From contig JAMCRP010000001.1 of the NCBI GenBank assembly GCA_023380635.1, positions 109,305 to 173,304 on the forward strand: a stretch of DNA of 64,000 nucleotides, written 5' to 3'. A program made the position numbers and the translations under genes. The DNA is from Patescibacteria group bacterium. Its GTDB lineage: Bacteria > Patescibacteriota > Microgenomatia > JAMCZE01. Below the pieces are notes generated by a model. It was not told the origin of the DNA. It saw only the letters and a program-made list of their open reading frames with translations, and ran no database searches. Below, one piece after another: positions 1 through 10,456 of this stretch (position 1 is the first letter of the stretch; each line of letters starts with the position of its first letter).

Positions 1-117
1 ATAGGAACTCACCCGGTCACGAAGCGAGCGGGCCTTACCGATGTATATTATCTTGCCCTTTTTGTCTTTGAAAAAGTAGACTCCGGGCGATTTGGGTAGC
101 GATTGATATAATTCCAA
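1..117 (-). CDS. uvrC: UvrC-type GIY-YIG nuclease, N-terminal part (runs off window start)
   Basis: Not in ORF track. Manual translation from TTG at 117: [39 protein letters not shown], a GIY-YIG motif. Lies downstream of uvrB-uvrA and overlaps the upstream gene by 83 bp. Confidence 0.85.
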   Translation of the reverse strand, partial: MELYQSLPKSPGVYFFKDKKGKIIYIGKARSLRDRVSSY

Positions 118-1558
118 GGGAGAACAAAATGACTACTGTTAACAAAAAACCGTTTTTGTAAAAAGGTTTAATCTGGGTGTTGTATTGCCTTTCTTCCTGG
201 GCAAACTTCAAAGTAATTATATCATTTTGGTTCAGGTTCCACGTCGATGGGTGAATTTTGAATTCCAGAGTTTGAGTAGAAAACGGAGGCAGCGGCCCGG
301 CGGCCAGAGATTTTTGATGCAGTGAAAGAATTTTTGGTTCTAAAGATACAATATCGCCGGAAAAGCTGGTTGGACCGTAATTTTCTACATAAACGGTGGC
401 TGTGGCTGGAAAACCGGCGATAATTTCTTTCGGTACATCTACGCGCAAGCCAACCTTGGGAATCTGAGTAAAGTCCAGATTGGCCGATATTGGAGTAAGC
501 TCCGTCTCTGGTTGGACAAATTTGTCCTGGTTAATAATCAAGGCCACATGCCGGAAATCAGCCGACGAGTCTGGATTATTGCCCGCTACCCAGGCTCCCG
601 ATCCGGGATCGAGAAATTCTTCCCAGACCCCCAAGGTCTTAGTCCCGATTATTCCGGTAACTTTTCTTTGGGAGCCATTGTTTCCGACTGTCTGGCTGAT
701 GGGCCGAAAATGGGGAGAGCCAAACAGCCCTAAAGAACCGGCTGCCACCACTTCCAGCTTTCCCGTCGGACCAAGCTGATATTGGGCTTTCCAGTTCCCG
801 TCTTGATCCAAGACCACATTTACCGGCTTGGGACTAAGCGTGTCCAGAAAAATCTTTTGGTAGGCAGTATCCGGCGGAAGATAAATATCGGCCAAAACCG
901 AATATAACTTCGGATTAGAAAGAGCATAAGTTATTTTAAAATTAAAAGCCTGGTAAGATTGCGGCGAATTAGTCGGGTCGTAAACGGCCCAAATTCCGGA
1001 CTTTGCGGAGCTAAAGTCGCTTTTAGTCCAGACATGACCGCCGACGCTGCTTTTGGGCGTCAGCTCGATCTCCTTACCAAAGGATGACGGAACCGAGAGA
1101 CTCACATTGTAGTTAATCAGTCCTTCAACATCGGCAGGTTTCAGAATACTGATTTCCCATAACCGGCCGACCTTTTTAGCAATATCCGCTGTTTCATATA
1201 TAAGCGTCCAGGAATAAGTTTTTCTCATCCCGACGACATCTCTGGGCAGTTTTACGTGAATTTCCTCCTGCTGGGCAGACCAAAGATAGGCTGATATCGG
1301 CCCGTTCTGGTCAAAAGCCCGGATATTTTTCAAGTCAGTTATTCCCGGATTAGTGACATATTCGTCCGGAGCATATTCCGAAGTGAGATTAGTCAAATAA
1401 AAGTTTTGGGTGACCAGGGTATTCCCATCATCGCCGATTTTGTAAGTTATATCCGTCGTGATTTCAAAACGGGGAGAGGCTGCATAAACGGTTCGTGGCT
1501 GTATTATGAGTAATAGATTAAGTAGGATGCCGAAAACCAAACACTCAAGAATTCGCAT
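35..1558 (-). CDS. Secreted, membrane-anchored protein resembling CPR transglutaminase-domain proteins, with a degenerate catalytic domain
   Basis: N-terminal signal peptide, C-terminal TM helix, LPPDTAYQK...DQDGNW motifs. Only a remnant ([14 protein letters not shown]) of the transglutaminase core is present. Confidence 0.6.
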   Translation of the reverse strand: MRILECLVFGILLNLLLIIQPRTVYAASPRFEITTDITYKIGDDGNTLVTQNFYLTNLTSEYAPDEYVTNPGITDLKNIRAFDQNGPISAYLWSAQQEEIHVKLPRDVVGMRKTYSWTLIYETADIAKKVGRLWEISILKPADVEGLINYNVSLSVPSSFGKEIELTPKSSVGGHVWTKSDFSSAKSGIWAVYDPTNSPQSYQAFNFKITYALSNPKLYSVLADIYLPPDTAYQKIFLDTLSPKPVNVVLDQDGNWKAQYQLGPTGKLEVVAAGSLGLFGSPHFRPISQTVGNNGSQRKVTGIIGTKTLGVWEEFLDPGSGAWVAGNNPDSSADFRHVALIINQDKFVQPETELTPISANLDFTQIPKVGLRVDVPKEIIAGFPATATVYVENYGPTSFSGDIVSLEPKILSLHQKSLAAGPLPPFSTQTLEFKIHPSTWNLNQNDIITLKFAQEERQYNTQIKPFYKNGFLLTVVILFSLGIISIATQIARSLLFQRQKGQDNIHR

Positions 1559-1567
1559 TTCTTCCCA

Positions 1568-1595
1568 TAATACTTAATCCTTAATCCTTAATACA
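1568..1595. repeat. Heptamer tandem array TAAT(A/C)C(T/A) x4
   Basis: TAATACT TAATCCT TAATCCT TAATACA fills most of the gap after uvrA. Confidence 0.85.
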
Positions 1596-1598
1596 AGT

Positions 1599-4547
1599 TT
1601 AGAGATATCTTCCTGTCCAGCTCTCTTTTGCCTTGGCTACTTCTTCCGGGGTTCCCGTGGCCACAATTTGGCCGCCTCCGTCGCCGCCTTCCGGTCCAAG
1701 ATCAATCAAATAGTCGGCATTTTTAATGACATCCAGGTTGTGTTCGATCACAATCACCGTGTTGCCCTTGTTTACCAGACTTTTCAGAACCCACAAAAGC
1801 CTCTCCAGATCGGCAAAATGCAGCCCCGTCGTCGGTTCATCCAGAATGTAAACCGTCTTGCCTGTAGCTTTCTTAGATAGTTCTGCGGCCAGTTTTACCC
1901 GCTGAGCCTCGCCGCCGGAGAGAGTCGGAGCAGGCTGGCCCAATTTAAGGTAGCCCAAGCCGACATCGGTCAAAGTTTGGAGCTTTTCGTGAAGAACCGG
2001 TATGGGAGCAAAAAACTCCAAAGCTTCTTCAACCGTCATCGCCAAAACCTCAGCAATATTTTTATTTTTGTAAAGAACACCTAAGGCTTCCTGGTTATAT
2101 CTTTTGCCGCCGCAAACCTCGCAGTCAACATAAATGTCCGGCAAAAACTGCATTTCAATTTTAATCTGGCCTTCCCCCTGGCAAGCCTCACATCGGCCGC
2201 CTTTAACGTTAAAACTGAACCGGCCCGCTTCATATCCTTTTATCCGCGCTTCCCGGGTTTGGGCAAATATTTCCCTGATCGGAGTAAAGGCTCCGGTGTA
2301 AGTGGCCGGGTTGGATCTTGGCGTTCTGCCAATGGGAGACTGATCAATCAGAATAACTTTATCGAGAAATTCCCATCCCAATAATCCGTCGAAATTGCCT
2401 GGCTTCTCCTTGTGGAGCGGATAAAACTTCCCTGCCAGGGCCTGATATAAAATATCATGCACCAAAGTCGATTTTCCCGAACCGGAAACACCGGTAACCA
2501 CAATGAATTTTCCTAATGGAAACTCGACATCAATATTTTTCAAGTTATGTTCCCTCGCCCCCAACAAAACTAACTTTTTTTCGCCGTTCTGTTTTCCGTT
2601 TTCTGTCATCAGGAATCTTTCTTCTGTCATCAGTCTTCCGCTATCTTGTATTTCAATTTCTTTTCTTCCCGACAAGTATTTCCCCGTTATCGAATTCGGG
2701 TCCTTCTTGATTTGGACTGGTGTTCCCTGAGCAATGATTTCTCCCCCGTGTTCCCCCGCACCCGGCCCGAAGTCAAAAATGTAATCCGCTTTTTCCATCA
2801 TTTCCCGGTCATGTTCCACTACGATAACTGAATTCCCTAAATCTCTTAAGTTACTTAAGGTACTTATGAGACGCTGGTTATCCCGTTGATGTAATCCAAT
2901 TGACGGTTCATCCAAAACATACAAAACCCCGGATAATCCGGAACCAATCTGGGAGGCTAACCTGATTCTCTGGGCTTCTCCCCCCGCCAAAGTGTTCGCG
3001 CTTCTTCCCAGTGTCAGATAGTCCAAACCCACATCTTCCAAAAACTGCAATCGGGAAATCAGCTCTTTAAAAATCGGTTTCGAAATCGCTTTTTCCCTGT
3101 CTGCCAATGTCTGCCAATGTCTGCCAATGTTTGTCAATGTCTTTACCCATCTCAAGACTTCGCTGATTGATTTTGTCGTTACCTGGAAAATATTTTGGCC
3201 GTCGATAGTGACTGATAACGCCTCGGGCTTGAGCTTGGCTCCGTGACAATCCGGGCAAGGTTCGTTTCGCATATACTTTTCAATGTCCATCCGGCGCCAC
3301 TCGGACTCAGTTTCGTTATAAAGGCGCTCCATTCGGGGAATCACTCCTTCAAACTTCTCATAAAACCCGGTCATCCGGCCTTCCCGGTTGGTGCCGGTTA
3401 CATGAATTTCTTCCTCGCCGGTGCCGAACAAAATCAAATTTAAATTCTCTTTTTTCATCTGGCCAATTGGCGAAGAAAGGGAAAAATTATGCTTCTCGGC
3501 GACAGCCTTTACCATGCGGATAAACCAGGTGTCGTGCTCCACTTCGTTACCCATCGGCAAAATACCGCCTTCCAATACAGATAGCTCCGGGTTGATAACC
3601 AATTCGGGATCAATTTTTAATAAAAAGCCGAGACCTGTACACCTGGGGCACGCGCCCTGCGGAGAGTTAAACGAAAACAACCGGGGTTCGATTTCGCTTA
3701 AGGAGATATTACAAACCGGGCAGGCAAACTTTTCCGAAAACAGATGGTCCTCCATTTTTGCCGGCCGCTCTGGGAACTCGAAACTGGCATCCAGCACTTC
3801 GCTGACAATAATTTCCCCAGCCGCTAATTTCAACGCTTTCTCCACACTCTCCCGCAATCTTGAAATGTCTTTGTTTACTTCGGTTACTTTGGTTACTGTT
3901 ATTCGGTCCACTACCGCTTCAATATCATGTTTATTTGTCTTAATCAGCACAATATCGTCATCCACATCATAAATATGTTTATCTACCCGAACTTTGATAA
4001 TGCCTTTGGCGCGCAGGCTGTTAAAAAGTTGGGTATATTCCCCCTTTCGCCCTTTTACCACCGGAGCTAAAATTAAGAATCTTTTTCCTGACCTTCCTAG
4101 CTTCCCCGATTCTCCTAATTTCTGAACCTGCTCGACAATTTGGTCCAAAGAGAGATGTTCAATTTCCCGGCCGCAGTTTGGGCAATGGGGATGGCCAATC
4201 CGGGCAAAAAGCAACCGCAGATAATCATAAATTTCGGTGATGGTCCCGACAGTGGACCGGGGGTTGTGGGAAGTGGTTTTCTGATCGATCGAAATCGCCG
4301 GTGACAATCCGGTAATATTGTCTAAATCCGGCTTATCCATGACGCCCAGGAATTGCCGGGCATAACTGGATAAACTTTCAACATACCGTCTTTGTCCTTC
4401 GGCATATATCGTATCGAAGGCCAGGCTGGATTTACCACTACCCGAAACTCCGGTAAAAACTACCAGTTTATTCTTGGGAATTTCTACATCAATGTTTTTG
4501 AGATTGTGTTCCCTGGCGCCCTTGATGATGATTTTTTCGTCAGACAT
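1599..4547 (-). CDS. uvrA: Excinuclease ABC subunit A
   Basis: Two Walker A motifs (GVSGSGKS), CxxC zinc fingers, LSGGEAQR signature. Start moved to MSDEK at 4547. Confidence 0.97.
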   Translation of the reverse strand: MSDEKIIIKGAREHNLKNIDVEIPKNKLVVFTGVSGSGKSSLAFDTIYAEGQRRYVESLSSYARQFLGVMDKPDLDNITGLSPAISIDQKTTSHNPRSTVGTITEIYDYLRLLFARIGHPHCPNCGREIEHLSLDQIVEQVQKLGESGKLGRSGKRFLILAPVVKGRKGEYTQLFNSLRAKGIIKVRVDKHIYDVDDDIVLIKTNKHDIEAVVDRITVTKVTEVNKDISRLRESVEKALKLAAGEIIVSEVLDASFEFPERPAKMEDHLFSEKFACPVCNISLSEIEPRLFSFNSPQGACPRCTGLGFLLKIDPELVINPELSVLEGGILPMGNEVEHDTWFIRMVKAVAEKHNFSLSSPIGQMKKENLNLILFGTGEEEIHVTGTNREGRMTGFYEKFEGVIPRMERLYNETESEWRRMDIEKYMRNEPCPDCHGAKLKPEALSVTIDGQNIFQVTTKSISEVLRWVKTLTNIGRHWQTLADREKAISKPIFKELISRLQFLEDVGLDYLTLGRSANTLAGGEAQRIRLASQIGSGLSGVLYVLDEPSIGLHQRDNQRLISTLSNLRDLGNSVIVVEHDREMMEKADYIFDFGPGAGEHGGEIIAQGTPVQIKKDPNSITGKYLSGRKEIEIQDSGRLMTEERFLMTENGKQNGEKKLVLLGAREHNLKNIDVEFPLGKFIVVTGVSGSGKSTLVHDILYQALAGKFYPLHKEKPGNFDGLLGWEFLDKVILIDQSPIGRTPRSNPATYTGAFTPIREIFAQTREARIKGYEAGRFSFNVKGGRCEACQGEGQIKIEMQFLPDIYVDCEVCGGKRYNQEALGVLYKNKNIAEVLAMTVEEALEFFAPIPVLHEKLQTLTDVGLGYLKLGQPAPTLSGGEAQRVKLAAELSKKATGKTVYILDEPTTGLHFADLERLLWVLKSLVNKGNTVIVIEHNLDVIKNADYLIDLGPEGGDGGGQIVATGTPEEVAKAKESWTGRYL
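3101..3140. repeat. 10-bp tandem array CTGCCAATGT x3 plus 1 variant inside uvrA
   Basis: Directly visible; encodes [14 protein letters not shown]. Confidence 0.9.
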
Positions 4548-4612
4548 ACAAAAATCCCCCTTTCGGGCTGGATCCACCCCACCGTGGCGGGGCAACCACA
4601 CGTATTTTACCA
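4548..4612 (-). promoter_or_regulatory. Internal promoter and structured leader of uvrA
   Basis: Minus strand TGgTAAAAT (4612-4604), then hairpin GCCCCGCC-AC-GGTGGGGT, then ATCC-AG-CCC-GAAA-GGG-GGAT followed by a T run just before the ATG. Confidence 0.5.
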
Positions 4613-6676
4613 CTAATCTTCCTTATCTAAACTCTTAATTTTATCCCTATAGTAAGCCGCTCCTTCAAAGTCGAGAATTTTAGCGGATTCCTTCATTCTT
4701 TTTTCCAAAACTTTTTTCAGTTTGTTTTTATCATCCGGTGTCAATTGCGTTATATCGATTTCCCCCAATTCCTGGTCCAGCATAACCGCTAGCCGATTAC
4801 CCCAGGCTCCGCGTTTGTCCCGATCTTCTTTCCTTTCGGTCAGCACATTTTCGCGGATCGGTTTGGAAATGCCCACCGGAGTAATGTGGTGGTCTTTATT
4901 CCATTTGAGTTGATATTCCCGGCGCCGGTTATTTTCCTTAACGGCCTGATCCATCGAGCGGGTCAGATTGTCGGCATACATAATGACCTTGCCATGAATA
5001 TGCCGAGCTGCCCGGCCCATGGTTTGAATTAAGGAAGTTCTGCTGCGCAAAAACCCTTCTTTGTCGGCGTCGAGAATTGCTACCAGGCTCACTTCCGGCA
5101 GGTCTAAACCTTCCCGGAGAAGATTAATACCGACAACGACATCATATTCACCGAGCCGCAGCTGGCGCAAAATATTGGTTCGCTCAATATTTTCGACATC
5201 ACTATGAAGGTAAGCAACTTTTATTGTTTTTTCGTGTTCGTTCAGATAGTCGGTTAGCTCCTCGGCCATTCGCTTGGTCAGGGTAGTTACCAGAACCCGT
5301 TCTTTTTTCTCCACTCTTTTTTTAATTTCTTCTATCAAGTCAGTGATCTGGCCTTCGGTTTTTTTGATTTCCACTTCCGGGTCAACCAGACCTGTCGGCC
5401 GAACCAGCTGTTCGATAATATTTCCCTCGGATTGTGAGATTTCCCACTCGTCAGGAGTCGCGGAGGTGTAAACCGTTTGTCCCATCCGCCGCACGAACTC
5501 GTCAAACCGGAGCGGCCGGTTATCCAAAGCTGCCGGCAGCCGGAAACCATAGTCGATTAAGGTTTGCTTGCGGCTGCGGTCGCCGTTGTACATGCCCCGG
5601 ATCTGCGGTACAGTCATATGCGACTCGTCGATTATCAGCAAATAATCCTTCGGAAAATACTCAAGTAGCGAATAAGGTGGATCTCCAGGATTGCGGCCGT
5701 CAAAATAACGGCTGTAATTTTCAATGCCGTTAACATAACCCACTTCCGCAATCATTTCCAGGTCATAGGTTACCCGGCTTTTAATTCTCTGGGCTTCCAA
5801 TATTTTTCCGGCTGACTGAAAACGCTTAACCTGCTCATCAAGGTCTGACCGGATCAGTTTAAAGACATCAGTATATTTTTGCGGGTCGGTCATATAGTGT
5901 TTGGCCGGGTAAATAACCACGCTGCGGTATGACCCCGGAGCCGCCGGTCCGGGTTGTGGTTTATCAAACACTTCAATCTTTTCGCCGGTCAGAGGATTAA
6001 TCTTAATAAGTTGTTTTACCTGGGTTCCTTCGGGGTTAAACTCGATGCGAATGCCATAATCTTCATAGGCCGGATAGACACTGACAATATCGCCCGAAAC
6101 CCGGAAAGTCCCCCGTCTAAAATCAAAGTCGCTGCGGTCATATTGCAGGTCTGCTAACCGCTCGAGAACTATTTTTCGGTCAATATTTAGTTCCGGCGAA
6201 AGTTCCAAAATAAACCGGCCGTATTCTACCGGACTGCCAAGGTTATAAATAGCTGATACTGACGCGACAACGATCGTATCTTTTCGGGTCAATAAATTAG
6301 TGGTCGTCTGGAGCCGGAGCTTATCTATCTCCTCATTAATTTCCGTTTCTTTTTCGATATAGGTGTCCGTTTGGGGAATGTAGGCTTCAGGTTGGTAAAA
6401 ATCGTAGTAGCTGACAAAGTAGGAGACGGCGTTGTCGGGAAAAAACTCTTTAAATTCCTGATAAAGCTGAGCCGCCAGGGTTTTATTGTGAGCAATAACC
6501 AGTGTGGGCTTCTGAACCTTATCAATCAGGTTTGCCATAGTGAAGGTCTTGCCGCTGCCGGTAACTCCGAGAAGAACCTGGTGTTTCGCGCCCGCGTTAA
6601 TCCCCGCTACCAGTTTTTCAATGGCCTGCGGTTGATCACCGGTCGGTTTGTAACCGGAAATGAGACGAAAAGACAT
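4613..6676 (-). CDS. uvrB: Excinuclease ABC subunit B
   Basis: [18 protein letters not shown] beta-hairpin, DESH, C-terminal UVR motif. Confidence 0.97.
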   Translation of the reverse strand: MSFRLISGYKPTGDQPQAIEKLVAGINAGAKHQVLLGVTGSGKTFTMANLIDKVQKPTLVIAHNKTLAAQLYQEFKEFFPDNAVSYFVSYYDFYQPEAYIPQTDTYIEKETEINEEIDKLRLQTTTNLLTRKDTIVVASVSAIYNLGSPVEYGRFILELSPELNIDRKIVLERLADLQYDRSDFDFRRGTFRVSGDIVSVYPAYEDYGIRIEFNPEGTQVKQLIKINPLTGEKIEVFDKPQPGPAAPGSYRSVVIYPAKHYMTDPQKYTDVFKLIRSDLDEQVKRFQSAGKILEAQRIKSRVTYDLEMIAEVGYVNGIENYSRYFDGRNPGDPPYSLLEYFPKDYLLIIDESHMTVPQIRGMYNGDRSRKQTLIDYGFRLPAALDNRPLRFDEFVRRMGQTVYTSATPDEWEISQSEGNIIEQLVRPTGLVDPEVEIKKTEGQITDLIEEIKKRVEKKERVLVTTLTKRMAEELTDYLNEHEKTIKVAYLHSDVENIERTNILRQLRLGEYDVVVGINLLREGLDLPEVSLVAILDADKEGFLRSRTSLIQTMGRAARHIHGKVIMYADNLTRSMDQAVKENNRRREYQLKWNKDHHITPVGISKPIRENVLTERKEDRDKRGAWGNRLAVMLDQELGEIDITQLTPDDKNKLKKVLEKRMKESAKILDFEGAAYYRDKIKSLDKED

Positions 6677-6728
6677 AGAAAATTATAGTTGACAGAATCT
6701 TTTCTTTTGGTATATTTTAGCATTATAT
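6677..6728. promoter_or_regulatory. Divergent uvrB/lexA promoters
   Basis: Plus strand TTGACA (6689-6694), 16-bp spacer, TGgTATATT (-10 at 6711-6716). Minus strand TATAAT (6687-6682) lies 5 nt before the uvrB ATG. Confidence 0.7.
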
Positions 6729-7358
6729 ATGCCAGTTGTTTTATACAAAAGACAGCGCGACCTTCTCGAATTTATCCAGAACTTTGTTAAGCAGCACGGC
6801 TATAGTCCAACCCTGGCCGAAATTTGCAAAGGCATGGGTCTTTCCTCGCCAGCCACCGTTCATGAACATCTTAAAACCCTGGAAGCCAAAGGAGTGATTC
6901 GCCGCAACCCCAATGAAGTCCGGGGCCTCGAGGTCACTGCTCCTTACAACACTAATTATATTACCGATCACGCTGCCGGAGTGGAACTGCCCCTTTTAGG
7001 CTACATTCACGCCGGAAAACCCTTGGAGCCGCACGAAGACCCGACGGCGACTTTTAAGGTTTCAGCTAATTTGGTCCCGTCCGGGAAAATTGCCTTTGTC
7101 CTTCAGGTAAAAGGCGACTCGATGATTGAAGACGGGATCCTGCCCGGCGACTATGCCGTTTTAATAAAAGAAGAGAATGTTAAAAACGGTGATGTCGTCG
7201 TCGCCCTCTTAAATAATGGCTTAGCCACCCTGAAAAGATTTTATAAAGAAGCGGAACAGGTCAAATTGATGCCGGCTAATTCCAAAATGGAACCAATTTA
7301 CGCGACCGAAGTCCAAATCCAAGGAAAACTGGTGGCTGTTGTCCGGAGATACTTTTAG
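6729..7358 (+). CDS. lexA: SOS repressor LexA
   Basis: N-terminal winged HTH, Ala-Gly cleavage site (IHAGKP), GDSM serine and TLKR lysine. Confidence 0.95.
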   Translation: MPVVLYKRQRDLLEFIQNFVKQHGYSPTLAEICKGMGLSSPATVHEHLKTLEAKGVIRRNPNEVRGLEVTAPYNTNYITDHAAGVELPLLGYIHAGKPLEPHEDPTATFKVSANLVPSGKIAFVLQVKGDSMIEDGILPGDYAVLIKEENVKNGDVVVALLNNGLATLKRFYKEAEQVKLMPANSKMEPIYATEVQIQGKLVAVVRRYF

Positions 7359-7522
7359 TCCTTTGGTCTGTTAACCAGGTTATCTTCAAAAACCGGCGAG
7401 AGACCGTAAAAATCGTGGTCAATACTGTCTTCTCTGGCACTTTTTCTCAGCTGTTCAACAAGCTTCGGATGGTGAGCTAAACTGCTATGCACGTTTAACA
7501 CTGCGGCTATCTCGCGTCGCAT
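7355..7522 (-). CDS. Possible 55-aa hypothetical protein
   Basis: Manual ORF MRREIAAVLNVHSSLAHHPKLVEQLRKS...RPKD fills the lexA-dedA gap; no recognisable motif. Confidence 0.3.
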   Translation of the reverse strand: MRREIAAVLNVHSSLAHHPKLVEQLRKSAREDSIDHDFYGLSPVFEDNLVNRPKD

Positions 7523-7574
7523 ATATTCGGCAGTTTTCGCACAGACTTTAACTCCCGTGTTATCACCCCCAGTC

Positions 7575-8183
7575 TTAAATCTTCTTTAGTCTCTTTAAGA
7601 CCAAATAGAGGACTGCCAAAACAATACCACCAATAACGACAAAGTCAAGAATATGAAAATACTTGCTTAGAAGATGCCAGTTATTGCCAAGAATTACCCC
7701 CAGATAGGTTAAGACTATCGCCCAGATAAACGATCCGGCAGCTGTATAAAAAACGAATTTTTTCAAATCCATTTTGGCAATGCCGGCCGGAAGTGAAATA
7801 TAAGTTCGCACCGCCGGAAGAATCCGACTGATAAAGACGATCGGCTCGCCGAAGCGGTTAAACAGAACTCTCGCATGTTCGAATTCTTTCTCGCGGACCA
7901 GAACATACTTCCCATAGCGGCGGATAAAGTCCGCCACTTCATTTTCTCCCAGGTAGCCTAAGCCATAAGCAAGAAGCGACCCCAGTAAATTACCGGCAGT
8001 ACCGATCATCACCAGTAACCAGAAATTAAAGATACCTGGAGAAACTAATGAACCGGCAAAAGGCATTGTGGCTTCGGAAGGAATCGGAACCAACGCAGAT
8101 TCCAAAGTCATAAGAACGAAAACGCCGGGGTATCCGGTGGCTTTAATAATGGCTATAATAAAGTTGGTTAACAGTTCTATCAT
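7575..8183 (-). CDS. dedA: DedA family membrane protein
   Basis: LESALVPIPSE, SRILPAVRTYISLPAG motifs. Confidence 0.9.
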   Translation of the reverse strand: MIELLTNFIIAIIKATGYPGVFVLMTLESALVPIPSEATMPFAGSLVSPGIFNFWLLVMIGTAGNLLGSLLAYGLGYLGENEVADFIRRYGKYVLVREKEFEHARVLFNRFGEPIVFISRILPAVRTYISLPAGIAKMDLKKFVFYTAAGSFIWAIVLTYLGVILGNNWHLLSKYFHILDFVVIGGIVLAVLYLVLKRLKKI

Positions 8184-8185
8184 TT

Positions 8186-8860
8186 ATGCTTTATATTGTA
8201 GCCACACCGATAGGGAATTTGGAAGATATCAGTTTACGCGCGGTCAGAATCCTCAAGGAAGCGGATGTAATCTTGGCTGAAGACACGCGCCACACCGGCT
8301 TGCTCTTAAAAAGTCTGGAAATTCCCCACAAACCTTTTATTTCTTTTTATGAAGAAGTTGAAACCCAAAAAATGGATGAACTTCTGGCCTTGATTGCCTC
8401 GGAGCAAAAAGTGGTTTTAGTCAGCGACGCCGGGACTCCGCTTATTTCTGATCCCGGCTACAAATTAGTTCGCGAAGCCATTAAAAGGGGAATCAAAGTA
8501 GAAAGCATTCCCGGACCTAGCGCGGTGGTTACGGCTTTGACCGTTTCCGGTCTGCCGCCGAATCGCTTTATGTTTATGGGCTATCCGCCGGAAAAGCCCT
8601 CCCACCAGTTAAATTTGTATAAAATGCTGGCTCATAGCCTGGAAACTCTGCCGGTTACGGTTATTTTCTATGTTTCCCCTCATAAAATCCGCAAAACTCT
8701 GGAGCTTGTGAAGGAAGTTTTCGGCGATCAGCAGATCGTTCTTATCCGAGAATTGACCAAAGTATACGAAGAACGCATTTCCGGGACGATTTCCGAAGTT
8801 CTGGAAAAAATTTCTAATCCTCAGGGCGAATTTGTGCTACTCTTTAATAAAGATCTTTGA
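8186..8860 (+). CDS. rsmI: 16S rRNA C1402 2'-O-methyltransferase
   Basis: LYIVATPIGNLEDIS, AEDTR, SDAGTPLISDPG. Confidence 0.95.
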   Translation: MLYIVATPIGNLEDISLRAVRILKEADVILAEDTRHTGLLLKSLEIPHKPFISFYEEVETQKMDELLALIASEQKVVLVSDAGTPLISDPGYKLVREAIKRGIKVESIPGPSAVVTALTVSGLPPNRFMFMGYPPEKPSHQLNLYKMLAHSLETLPVTVIFYVSPHKIRKTLELVKEVFGDQQIVLIRELTKVYEERISGTISEVLEKISNPQGEFVLLFNKDL

Positions 8861-8862
8861 TT

Positions 8863-9489
8863 ATGGCCCTTCTTGCTTTAATCCGTCATGGTGAATCCGA
8901 ATGGAACGCCAAAAATCTCTGGACTGGATGGACGGACATTCCCCTCTCGGAAAAGGGGAAAGAGGAAGCCCGAACAGCTGCCAAAAAAATTAAGGATACG
9001 CACTGGGACTATCTTTTTGAATCCGATCTAATTCGGGCCAAACAAACCAGTGATCAAATCCTCACCGTCCTCAACTCCCCCATACCCCGCATCATTTCTT
9101 CCGCCCTGCGCGAGCGCAATTACGGCGTTTTTACCGGAAGAAATAAGTTGGAAGTGGAAAAAGAACTTGGTGAAGCGGAATATCTTAAACTTCGCCGTGG
9201 TTGGGATCGGCCGATTGACCAAGGCGAGAGCCTGAAGCAAGTTTATGGTCGAGTTGTACCCTATTTTCAAAAAGAAATCGAACCGCTCCTGCAGCAAGGG
9301 AAAAACATTATCATTTCCGCCCACGGCAATTCTTTACGAGCTCTCCTCAAATATCTGGAAAACATTTCTGATGAAGATATCGCCAATGTGGAACTTCAGA
9401 CCGGCGAAGCCAAAGTTATCTCATTCCCAATTCAATCAGCCGGTTATACTTTGCCACCCGCTCCCCCCGATCCATCCCGCCAAGTTTGA
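8863..9489 (+). CDS. gpmA: 2,3-bisphosphoglycerate-dependent phosphoglycerate mutase
   Basis: RHGESEWN, ERNYG, AHGNSLR. Confidence 0.92.
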   Translation: MALLALIRHGESEWNAKNLWTGWTDIPLSEKGKEEARTAAKKIKDTHWDYLFESDLIRAKQTSDQILTVLNSPIPRIISSALRERNYGVFTGRNKLEVEKELGEAEYLKLRRGWDRPIDQGESLKQVYGRVVPYFQKEIEPLLQQGKNIIISAHGNSLRALLKYLENISDEDIANVELQTGEAKVISFPIQSAGYTLPPAPPDPSRQV

Positions 9490-10456
9490 CGAAGTCGGCT
9501 GCCACTTCAACAGCAAAATCAGTGATCCAGAAATCGTCAGTTTCTTGTCCCCGATGCGAAACGACAATCTTGAGCCCTGCATCTTTAGCCATTTTTACTG
9601 CCTCTTTGCTTTCACTAATCGTCCCAATCTGGTTTGGTTTTATGACCACGGCGTTAATCGCTTTTTTTTCAATGGCCATTTTGATCCGTTCCGGGTTAGT
9701 CACGGTTAAATCATCTCCCACAATCAGATAATCCTTTCCCATTAAACCCATCAAGGCCGTCCATTTGTCCCAATCCTCATCGGAATATGGGTCTTCAATG
9801 GAAATGATCGGGTAGTCACGCGTCAGCGCAGTATAGTCCAGAACTTCTCCCGCCGCGAAAGTATCCGCCACATCTACGGCCAGTTTTCTCTCCGGCAAAA
9901 CTTTCTTGATCGTGTCCAACACCTGAAGATTATTAAAATCTTTCGGTGAAAAGCCGCCTTCCGCGCCAACCGTATGTTCTATATTATTTTCCGTCAGGTA
10001 TTCTTTAAGCGTTTTAAAATCCCGCATGGCCTGTTCCAGAGTATCTTCTACTGCTAAGAATTCCTGGATAGTTATATTCTTATTCCCATGTTCTCCCCCT
10101 TCAACAAGGAGGAGCATCAGTTTGGGAAAATTTTGGGACTTGGTATTTGGTGCTTGGTGCTTAAAAAACGCTGCAGATACAGCTAAAGTGGCGTTTCCAC
10201 CATATCCATGCGCGGCAATCTCTTGATCCAGCGTTTCCTGTGTCCACTCTTTGTCTTTACAAACTACTCCCATTTCTCCAATTTCTTTTATCGCCTCATC
10301 CGGTGCCGATTTTTTAACTTCATACTTGCCCGCCGATATTCCGGCAGGAACAGAAGCGGAACTGATTGTCCCATTATCAAAAGTTATTGTCGCCTCAACA
10401 GTATCGTCACCGAGAGAGGCGATAATCTTTCGGGCAGCAATTGAGGAAATCTTCAT
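9416..10456 (-). CDS. eno: Enolase (shortened)
   Basis: GGEH, IQEF, EGGF, SIEDP, VGDDL, IKPNQIG, SHR, ERVAKYNRL. Confidence 0.9.
   Translation of the reverse strand: MKISSIAARKIIASLGDDTVEATITFDNGTISSASVPAGISAGKYEVKKSAPDEAIKEIGEMGVVCKDKEWTQETLDQEIAAHGYGGNATLAVSAAFFKHQAPNTKSQNFPKLMLLLVEGGEHGNKNITIQEFLAVEDTLEQAMRDFKTLKEYLTENNIEHTVGAEGGFSPKDFNNLQVLDTIKKVLPERKLAVDVADTFAAGEVLDYTALTRDYPIISIEDPYSDEDWDKWTALMGLMGKDYLIVGDDLTVTNPERIKMAIEKKAINAVVIKPNQIGTISESKEAVKMAKDAGLKIVVSHRGQETDDFWITDFAVEVAADFVKLGGMDRGERVAKYNRLIELGMR
10133..10160. repeat. Heptamer array TTGG-NNN x4 inside eno
   Basis: TTGGGAC TTGGTAT TTGGTGC TTGGTGC, encoding KHQAPNTKSQ. Confidence 0.8.
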
